Below are positions 28,107-35,339 of a stretch of DNA of 55,294 nt, one piece after another. Under the pieces are notes generated by a model that worked only from the letters and a program-made list of their open reading frames with translations, was not told the DNA's origin and ran no database searches. The translations under genes and the position numbers were made by a program. The DNA comes from a virus (taxonomy: Duplodnaviria; Caudoviricetes): IMG/VR virus record IMGVR_UViG_3300025658_000003, positions 1 through 55,294 of that record; one strand, 5' to 3'. Each line of letters begins with the position of its first letter. Positions within the stretch are counted from its first letter, which is position 1.

Positions 28107-28409
28107 ATGAATGATTTTGATAAATTGATTACAAACGTAATCGGATGGGCAGATGATAAAGGTATCTTAGTAAAAGATAACGCCCCCAAACAGATGTTAA
28201 AAGTTTTGGAAGAAGTCGGTGAAACCGCCGGAGCTCTCCTTAAAAATGATAAAGCTGAGATAGTAGATGGAATCGGAGATTCTTTCGTTACATTAATTAT
28301 CTTATCAATGCAATTAGGATTACATCCTTCAGAATGCTTAGAAGCAGCTTGGAATGAAATAAAAGATAGAAAAGGGAAAACTGAAAATGGAGTGTTTATA
28401 AAAGAATGA
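28107..28409 (+). CDS. MazG-like NTP pyrophosphatase
   Basis: KVLEEVGE...DGIGD...AWNEIKDRKG. Confidence 0.85.
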   Translation: MNDFDKLITNVIGWADDKGILVKDNAPKQMLKVLEEVGETAGALLKNDKAEIVDGIGDSFVTLIILSMQLGLHPSECLEAAWNEIKDRKGKTENGVFIKE

Positions 28410-30178
28410 AAAACTTTGGAGCTGAATTTGATTGGGAAATAGACGTAGATTTTCCATCTTGGGCAAACACAGAAATCTACGTTAAGACAATATCAAAGGG
28501 ATACTTACTAAGTGGTGAAAAACCAAAAGATGCTTATTGGAGAGTTGCAACAACAGCTGCTCGAAGATTGGGTAAACCTCAAATGGCAACAAAGTTCTTC
28601 GATTACATTTGGAAGGGTTGGTTGAACCTAGCAACACCTGTTTTATCAAATACAGGTACAGATAGAGGATTACCAATCAGTTGTTTTGGAATCGATGTAG
28701 CTGATTCAATTCAGGATATCGGTACTAAGAACTTAGAGATGATGTTACTCGCTAAACATGGTGGTGGAGTAGGTGTTGGTATTAATATGATTAGACCAGC
28801 TGGTGCAAAAATTACACAAAACGGAACATCCGATGGTGTTGTACCATTCTGTAAAATATACGATTCAACAATTCTTGCAACCAATCAAGGTTCAGTAAGA
28901 AGAGGGGCGGCATCTGTTAACCTAAACATAGAACATGAAGATTTTGATGAGTGGATTGAAATCAGAGAACCTAAAGGTGATGTAAACCGACAAGCATTAA
29001 ATCTACATCAATGTGTAGTTGTTGGTGATAAGTTTATGAGAAGATTAGAAGATGGTGATTCTGAAGCTAGAAGAAAATGGGGTAAAGTACTTCAGAAACG
29101 TAAAGCAACTGGTGAACCATATGTAATGTACAAAGGTAATGTTAACAAACAGAATCCTGATATGTACAAAAACAATGGATTGAAAGTTCATATGACAAAT
29201 ATATGTTCTGAGATTACATTACATACAGATGAGAATCATTCATTCGTATGTTGTTTATCTTCTCTTAACCTTTCAAAATACGATGAGTGGAAAGATACAG
29301 ATTTAATTTATACGGCAACTTGGTTCTTAGATGGTATTCTATCAGAGTTCTTACAAAGAGCTAAGAATATGAGAGGGTTTGAAAACTCAGTACGTTCTGC
29401 AGAAAAAGGTAGAGCATTAGGATTGGGTGTATTAGGATGGCATACATACTTACAACAAAAAGGTATTCCATTTGATTCACTTCCAGCTCAGTTTGAAACG
29501 AGAAAGATATTCTCACAATTAAAGATTGAATCTGAAAGAGCAAGTAGAGATATGGGTAGTGAGTTAGGTGAACCTTTATGGTGTAGAGATAGTGGTATGA
29601 GAAATACTCACCTAAGAGCAGTTGCTCCAACTGTATCCAATTCAAAGTTAGCAGGTAACGTATCACCAGGTATCGAACCTTGGGCGGCAAACGTATTTAC
29701 GGAACAAACTTCAAAAGGTACGTTCATTAGAAAAAACAGAGAATTAGAAAAAGTACTTAGAAAAGTAGGTATCAACACTAAAGCAACTTGGGATAAGATA
29801 TTAGCAGATGGTGGTTCTATACAAGATATCAAAGAATTGGATAGTTGGGTATTTTGCGATGGTAAACTAACACAATTAGATAGTGATATTGATACTACTA
29901 AGTGTGATAAGGTAAAAGATGTATTTAAAACATTCAAAGAGATTAACCAATTAGAGTTAGTTAGACAAGCTGGTGTTAGACAACAATACATCGACCAATC
30001 AGTATCGTTGAACCTAGCATTCCCATCAGAGGCAACTCCTAAGTGGATGAACACAGTTCACTTTGAAGCATGGAAGCAGGGTGTAAAAACTTTATACTAC
30101 ACTCGAACCGAATCAGTATTAAGGGGTGATATTGCTCAACAAGCGATGGACCCAGATTGTTTAAGTTGTGATGGGTAA
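28406..30178 (+). CDS. nrdA: Class I ribonucleotide reductase alpha subunit (no ATP cone evident)
   Basis: PISCF, TNICSEI, VCCLSSLNL, VAPTVS, KTLYY and C-terminal CLSCDG. Confidence 0.95.
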   Translation: MKNFGAEFDWEIDVDFPSWANTEIYVKTISKGYLLSGEKPKDAYWRVATTAARRLGKPQMATKFFDYIWKGWLNLATPVLSNTGTDRGLPISCFGIDVADSIQDIGTKNLEMMLLAKHGGGVGVGINMIRPAGAKITQNGTSDGVVPFCKIYDSTILATNQGSVRRGAASVNLNIEHEDFDEWIEIREPKGDVNRQALNLHQCVVVGDKFMRRLEDGDSEARRKWGKVLQKRKATGEPYVMYKGNVNKQNPDMYKNNGLKVHMTNICSEITLHTDENHSFVCCLSSLNLSKYDEWKDTDLIYTATWFLDGILSEFLQRAKNMRGFENSVRSAEKGRALGLGVLGWHTYLQQKGIPFDSLPAQFETRKIFSQLKIESERASRDMGSELGEPLWCRDSGMRNTHLRAVAPTVSNSKLAGNVSPGIEPWAANVFTEQTSKGTFIRKNRELEKVLRKVGINTKATWDKILADGGSIQDIKELDSWVFCDGKLTQLDSDIDTTKCDKVKDVFKTFKEINQLELVRQAGVRQQYIDQSVSLNLAFPSEATPKWMNTVHFEAWKQGVKTLYYTRTESVLRGDIAQQAMDPDCLSCDG

Positions 30179-30281
30179 ATTTAAAAAAATATGTAAACGT
30201 TGTGGAAAGGAAATTCCAATATGTTTACCACTCACAGAAAGTTGTATAGATTGTTTAACTAAAAGAAGGAAAAAAGAATGA
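30171..30281 (+). CDS. 36-aa C4 zinc-finger peptide (not in ORF track)
   Basis: MGKFKKICKRCGKEIPICLPLTESCIDCLTKRRKKE overlaps both the nrdA stop and the thioredoxin start. Confidence 0.55.
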   Translation: MGKFKKICKRCGKEIPICLPLTESCIDCLTKRRKKE

Positions 30282-30517
30282 AATATTTATATTTTTCAGC
30301 ACAATGGTGTGGCCCTTGTAAGAGCTTATCACCAATAATGAATGAAGTATCATCTCATGTTGAAGTAGAAAAAATTGATGTAGATTTAGATTATGAAAAA
30401 GCACAAAAATATGGAGTTAGGAATATCCCAACTGTAATATTAGTAGATGGTGTTACAGAAGTTAAACGGTTCATTGGTGTTCAGCCAAAACAAAATTACA
30501 TTAATGCAGTAAAATAA
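30278..30517 (+). CDS. trxA: Thioredoxin
   Basis: WCGPCK active site; GVRNIPT. Confidence 0.93.
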   Translation: MKYLYFSAQWCGPCKSLSPIMNEVSSHVEVEKIDVDLDYEKAQKYGVRNIPTVILVDGVTEVKRFIGVQPKQNYINAVK

Positions 30518-30518
30518 A

Positions 30519-30550
30519 TTTGGATAATTGAAAAAAAAGTTGTATATTAG
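30519..30550 (+). promoter_or_regulatory. Promoter TTTG-N20-TATATTAG upstream of the HTH-mom-mom genes
   Basis: Same motif and spacer; implies a start at 30576. Confidence 0.75.
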
Positions 30551-30575
30551 TAATAAGTTACGAAAACGTAAGCGT

Positions 30576-30779
30576 ATGGCATTAAGAGGGGAATCACACC
30601 CAGCACATAAATTAACTGAAAAACAAGTTAAGAGTATCCGAAACCTATGGAAAGTGGGACACAGAAATGTTAGAGTATTAGCTCAAAACAATGGTGTATC
30701 TCCTGCTAACATCCGTAGAATTGTTAGGAACGAAACTTGGGTACATCTTTTAGTTGGAGAATTTGATAAATATCAGTAA
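30576..30779 (+). CDS. Small HTH DNA-binding protein
   Basis: RGESHPAHKLTEKQVKSIR...LAQNNGVSPANIRRIVRNETW resembles the stand-alone DNA-binding tail of HNH homing endonucleases. Confidence 0.7.
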   Translation: MALRGESHPAHKLTEKQVKSIRNLWKVGHRNVRVLAQNNGVSPANIRRIVRNETWVHLLVGEFDKYQ

Positions 30780-31537
30780 TGAAAGAAGAGGGAAAGAATT
30801 ATTGTGATGTATCAAAACTAACAGTAAGGAAGATTTCCAAATCCGTAGCTAAAGATATAATTGTAAAAAATCATTATTCACATCTATGGACTAAGGTATC
30901 TTACGCTATAGGTTTGTATATAGAAGATGATTCACATCAATTCTTCAATTCATCAGATAAGTTAATAGGTGTTGCGTGTTATGGTGACCCGATTGGTAGA
31001 TTAAGTGGGCAATCAATCACACCTTTATTAGATAGAACGGAAGTTTTAGAATTAGTAAGGGTATTTGTATTTGATGATTATGGTTCTAACATAGAGAGTT
31101 GGTTCTTAGGACAAACATTCCAATGGTTAAGAACAAATGTACCACAAATAAAAGGATTGATATCTTACTCAGACCCAAAAGAGGGTCATAACGGAACTAT
31201 CTACCAAGCAACTAATTGGCTGTATCAGGGTGATAAGTTAAGATTCAACGATAGTTGGAGTTTTAAGTTTAGTGAAGATGGTGAGTGGCAGCATGGTAGA
31301 ACGATATTTCCATATTATGGAACTAACAATCCTACTAAGATACAAGAACAGATTGATAAACCATTTTGGATTCGTAAAGAACCCCGTAAACATAGATACG
31401 TTTACATTCTTTCGAAGGGTGGTGAAAGAAGGAAGTTACTGAAAAGTTTAAAACATCCTATCTTAGAATATCCAAAAAGTGAAAACGAAATAGAATTAGA
31501 AATTAGAAAATTAGAACCAATTGAAAGAAGAGGGTAA
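30779..31537 (+). CDS. Mom-like (GNAT-fold) DNA modification protein 1
   Basis: KNHYSH, LELVRV, ESWFL, SYSDPKEGHNGTIYQATNWLYQG, KHRYVY. Confidence 0.82.
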   Translation: MKEEGKNYCDVSKLTVRKISKSVAKDIIVKNHYSHLWTKVSYAIGLYIEDDSHQFFNSSDKLIGVACYGDPIGRLSGQSITPLLDRTEVLELVRVFVFDDYGSNIESWFLGQTFQWLRTNVPQIKGLISYSDPKEGHNGTIYQATNWLYQGDKLRFNDSWSFKFSEDGEWQHGRTIFPYYGTNNPTKIQEQIDKPFWIRKEPRKHRYVYILSKGGERRKLLKSLKHPILEYPKSENEIELEIRKLEPIERRG

Positions 31538-32324
31538 ACATTATTGTGATTCCACTAAAGTTAGTGTAGCACCAATAGCTAAATCAATAGCAAAAGATAT
31601 AATCGTTAAGAAACATTATACTCACGCATGGACATCTTGTCGATACGCATTGGGTGTATATTATCAAACTGATGAAGTTGATATGTTTGGTAATTCTCAG
31701 AAACTAATTGGTGTAGCAATCTACGGATTCCCAGTCGGAGCAAAAGCACCCACATCAGTATGTGATGGATTAACAAAAGATAATATATTAGAATTAACTC
31801 GTTTATACTTAGATGATGGTTATGGTTCTAATATAGAAAGTTGTGCGTTGGGTAAAACATTCCAATGGATAAAAGATAACGATAAAAACATTAAAGTTCT
31901 ATTATCATACGCTGATAATGGACAAGGACACGTTGGTGGTATCTATAAAGCAACCAATTGGATATATCAGGGGTTATCAACGGATATAGCACTTATGCCT
32001 AATTGGGGTATATCACTATCTAAAGACCCGTATGGGTGGATTCATAGTAGAAGTGTTTATAACCTTTGGGGTAGTGGTAACTTAGAACATCTTCGTAGAG
32101 AGATAGGTAAAGATGGTTACACCGAATTTTGGAGAAGAGAAGAACCACCTAAACATAGGTACATTCAGATACTTGCTACCAATAAAAAAGAAAAGAAGGA
32201 TTTACATAAAAGATTAAAACATCCAACTAAACCTTATCCTAAAACGGCATCTGATTATAATACAGATATTATACATCATACAACATATGCACCAGAAGAA
32301 TCTAATGATATCAATTTTTGGTAA
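31521..32324 (+). CDS. Mom-like (GNAT-fold) DNA modification protein 2
   Basis: TTG start; KKHYTH, LELTRL, SYADNGQGHVGGIYKATNWIYQG, KHRYI. Confidence 0.82.
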   Translation: MKEEGKHYCDSTKVSVAPIAKSIAKDIIVKKHYTHAWTSCRYALGVYYQTDEVDMFGNSQKLIGVAIYGFPVGAKAPTSVCDGLTKDNILELTRLYLDDGYGSNIESCALGKTFQWIKDNDKNIKVLLSYADNGQGHVGGIYKATNWIYQGLSTDIALMPNWGISLSKDPYGWIHSRSVYNLWGSGNLEHLRREIGKDGYTEFWRREEPPKHRYIQILATNKKEKKDLHKRLKHPTKPYPKTASDYNTDIIHHTTYAPEESNDINFW

Positions 32325-32358
32325 TTGTTAATAACTTTCTAAAAAAAGTGCAAAAAAG

Positions 32359-32390
32359 TTTGGTGAATACAATAAATTGTTGTATATTTA
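32359..32390 (+). promoter_or_regulatory. Promoter TTTG-N20-TATATTTA, with TGTTAATAAC upstream (32326-32335)
   Basis: Same motif and spacer. Confidence 0.75.
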
Positions 32391-32399
32391 CATAGTAAA

Positions 32400-32472
32400 A
32401 GAGTTGATATCACTCTATAACGATATCAGAATTATAACTATGGGGTACAGGTATCACCCCAATAACGATACC
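32400..32472 (+). ncRNA. Two tandem putative H-type RNA pseudoknots in a 5' leader
   Basis: AGAGT-T-GATATC-ACTCT-ATAAC-GATATC and TGGGGT-ACA-GGTATC-ACCCCA-ATAAC-GATACC, with compensatory changes in both stems. Confidence 0.65.
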
Positions 32473-32492
32473 AAAACTTAAAACAAATAACA

Positions 32493-34010
32493 ATGGCATT
32501 TAAAAAATCAATCGATGCATCAGTTGGCGCAATGAAACTAAACCAACTTAGAAAATTATTTCCCTACATTCACGTAGACACAAACACATTACAAAGGTTA
32601 TTAGATGAATGGCCAGACCAAGTAAAAGCCGAACATATGAGGGCTGTATTTGAAGGACATTCCAATATTTACACAATTGTTCTAATTAGTATAGATGGTT
32701 GTTTAAATTATTGTAATAGTATTATAAATGAATATGAAAAAGATGATACTGAATATTCAGCAGTAGCTGAAACTATTGAGTACTTATCGAAGTTGAAATC
32801 AACAGGTAAACGTTACCTAAACATAGATGGTCAGCATAGAGTAAAAACTTATGAAGATTTTCTAAAATCTAAATTTACAATAGAAGCTTCGGTATTTGAT
32901 TATGTTGATAATGGTGATGGTGCACCAATAGCTTTTCAACTAAAGGGTGTTAAGTTCAAAGATATGCCTGAGCAGACCCAACAAACTATATTGGATACAC
33001 CACTTACATTGGTTATGATAAATAAAGCTACCTTACAGGATATGGTGGATGTAACTATTTACACTAACATTGGAGAACCTTGGAACAATCACGAACGAAG
33101 AATAATTATCCCATCTAAGTTTAATAGATTTCTGATTAATTATATGAATGATAATCCCTTAATGGAAGCGATGTTCAATAACACAAAAAACCTAGCAGGT
33201 AAATATTCTATTGTAAAGAAGGGTGATGCCTTAATGGTGGCTGAATGGGTTGGGTATCATTATAATAGTTTAAAAGGTGAAATATATAAATGGCCAGATG
33301 ATATTCAATTAAATACACAATCATCGGTTATTGGATTAGATGGGCATTCTACTTCTAAACTAAATAAATCAACATCACTTATTTCTAAATTGGTAGAGAT
33401 TGTAAACACAGCAAGTTCTGTAAAGTTTGAAAGAACTCTTTTGGATAATTTATTTATACTACTTACGGCATTAGATTCATCATCACATCCACTAAATTCA
33501 TTTCAGAAGAAAGTTAAGATTTCAAGTCCATCTAAATTTTTAGATTGGTTCTTAAAAATGGAATCAACACTTAGAGAACGTGATTTTTATATGAAGGATA
33601 AGGATGGTAATATCTATATTGATGACTTTGGTAATAAATCTACGAATTCGGAATCATTCAAAAGAAAGTGTGGAGCTAAGAAAGTTGATGATATTGAGAA
33701 GAGAAGTACTTTAATGATTCAGGAATTTAATAATGATTACAATGACTTATTTGCATCTGGTGTTGTATCTTTGGTAGACACAAACAATTTCACCAAAGCC
33801 GATAAATTAGAAGTAGCCATTGAAAATGACTTTAAAGATGCTAGTGGTAACGAATTTACTTTTGAAGAACTTATGGGTTCTAATTCTATAATAGAAGGAG
33901 ACCACCAAGAAGCTAGAGATGGTGGTAATTCTACATCTAAAGAAAACCTAACTCTTAGAACTAAGAGAGCAAATATTAGAAAATCTAACAAAAAAATGAT
34001 AAGTATATGA
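32493..34010 (+). CDS. DUF262/ParB-like plus C-terminal HNH-like protein (GmrSD-like architecture)
   Basis: NIDGQHR, TNIGEPW and C-terminal EGDHQEARDGGNSTSKENL...ANIRKSNK. Confidence 0.7.
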   Translation: MAFKKSIDASVGAMKLNQLRKLFPYIHVDTNTLQRLLDEWPDQVKAEHMRAVFEGHSNIYTIVLISIDGCLNYCNSIINEYEKDDTEYSAVAETIEYLSKLKSTGKRYLNIDGQHRVKTYEDFLKSKFTIEASVFDYVDNGDGAPIAFQLKGVKFKDMPEQTQQTILDTPLTLVMINKATLQDMVDVTIYTNIGEPWNNHERRIIIPSKFNRFLINYMNDNPLMEAMFNNTKNLAGKYSIVKKGDALMVAEWVGYHYNSLKGEIYKWPDDIQLNTQSSVIGLDGHSTSKLNKSTSLISKLVEIVNTASSVKFERTLLDNLFILLTALDSSSHPLNSFQKKVKISSPSKFLDWFLKMESTLRERDFYMKDKDGNIYIDDFGNKSTNSESFKRKCGAKKVDDIEKRSTLMIQEFNNDYNDLFASGVVSLVDTNNFTKADKLEVAIENDFKDASGNEFTFEELMGSNSIIEGDHQEARDGGNSTSKENLTLRTKRANIRKSNKKMISI

Positions 34011-35128
34011 AAGTATTAGTAATACCAAATTATACTAACTTTGGACAAGTAAAGGACATCAATAGGGATTCATTCCTATTGGTGTTCAAATCGTTCTTAG
34101 ATAATACCAAAATAGGAAAAGAATGGGAATGGATTTTACCATATCCTGGCGGACACCATAACCATCCGGGTATTATCAACCAGTTCGATTACCCAAATGT
34201 TAGTTTACGAAAGATGGATACAATAGAACCATTCCCACCTAAAATGAGGGTGGATTATCCATATAGGTTTTTTGATAAACTTATAGAAAAAGAAGAATCA
34301 AATTTCAATCTTATTTGGAGTCATCTTCCTGAGTGGACAAACAATTATGTAATCACTAGGATATATAATAAGAATCAACCGATTATTGGTTATTGCCATT
34401 GGAGTGAAATACCTGATAATGGAGCAAGAACTGATAACTCATTTTGGAATAATCTCAGAGGTATATTACAGATGAAAGTTTGTGGTGTAAATTCAAACTA
34501 TCAGAAAGGTGTTATCCTTAAAAACGCAGCTAAAGATTTTAAACCACATATCGTTGAGAAGTTGGATAAGATTATTCAACCTTGGTATTTAGGGTGTGAT
34601 TCAGCTACTCCATCAAATGGGTATGATGAGAAAACTATCGTATTCAATCATAGAGAAGGTGTTTATACTGGTTCTAAATGGTTCTTTGAAACTATGGATG
34701 AATTATGGAAAGAGCGACAAGATTTTAAAGTTTACATTACTCTAAAAGAAATGGATAAACCATATACAAAATACATTGGACACGCTGATAGGGATGTATA
34801 TCTTAATCAGTTAGCAAAATCACATTTTGGTGTTGGGTGTTTCGAAGGTTATTCAGCATGGAGTATGAGTGCTACTGATGGGTTGAGTAGAGGTGTACCA
34901 TATCTACTTCCAGATGGGTATTGTTATCCTGAAATGGTAGGTGATGATTATCCGTTATTATATAATGGTAGAACAGAATTCAAAGAAAAAGTAATTAAAC
35001 TATTAGATGGGGATATAAAAAGACCCGATGTAACAGGTATTGCAGAATCACTATTATGGGAGAGTCAACTTAAAAAGTGGGATATCGAAAATAATTTCGT
35101 GAAAAACGTTAGGATATTTGAAGAATAA
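34007..35128 (+). CDS. GT-B glycosyltransferase, possibly DNA-directed
   Basis: IVFNHR, WSMSATDGLSRGVPYLLP, YPEM; overlaps the DUF262-HNH stop and lies upstream of PolB. Confidence 0.65.
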   Translation: MKVLVIPNYTNFGQVKDINRDSFLLVFKSFLDNTKIGKEWEWILPYPGGHHNHPGIINQFDYPNVSLRKMDTIEPFPPKMRVDYPYRFFDKLIEKEESNFNLIWSHLPEWTNNYVITRIYNKNQPIIGYCHWSEIPDNGARTDNSFWNNLRGILQMKVCGVNSNYQKGVILKNAAKDFKPHIVEKLDKIIQPWYLGCDSATPSNGYDEKTIVFNHREGVYTGSKWFFETMDELWKERQDFKVYITLKEMDKPYTKYIGHADRDVYLNQLAKSHFGVGCFEGYSAWSMSATDGLSRGVPYLLPDGYCYPEMVGDDYPLLYNGRTEFKEKVIKLLDGDIKRPDVTGIAESLLWESQLKKWDIENNFVKNVRIFEE

Positions 35129-35140
35129 TTCGTATATTGT
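35109..35140 (+). promoter_or_regulatory. Promoter TTAG-N20-TATATTGT
   Basis: Same spacer; variant -7 element. Confidence 0.6.
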
Positions 35141-35333
35141 GGTAACATTCAGTTTTAAAGGTAAAGAGTATCAAATAGTACCAGAGGAATCTAAGGTACT
35201 AACCGAACCTGTAAGACCTGCTGAAAGTTTACTTAGAGATTTTGAATATTGTAAAGAGGTTGGTGATTACCAAACAATAAAGAATAGAATAACAAACGGA
35301 CTCCATTGGGGTTGGATTAAAGAACTTAAATAA
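35139..35333 (+). CDS. Hypothetical protein (start uncertain: GTG 35139 or TTG 35118)
   Basis: Fills the gap before PolB. Confidence 0.55.
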   Translation: MVTFSFKGKEYQIVPEESKVLTEPVRPAESLLRDFEYCKEVGDYQTIKNRITNGLHWGWIKELK

Positions 35334-35339
35334 TAGTTA

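Noticed and set aside
30528-30575. ORF-track starts at 30528, 8101, 16998 and 44102
   Set aside because: They overlap promoters or upstream genes; 30576, the frameshift site or 8266, 17037 and 44210 fit better.
32400-32492. Canonical type III toxin-antitoxin locus
   Set aside because: No terminator between repeats and gene, and the downstream protein is 505 aa and unlike ToxN/CptN/TenpN; kept only as an analogy.
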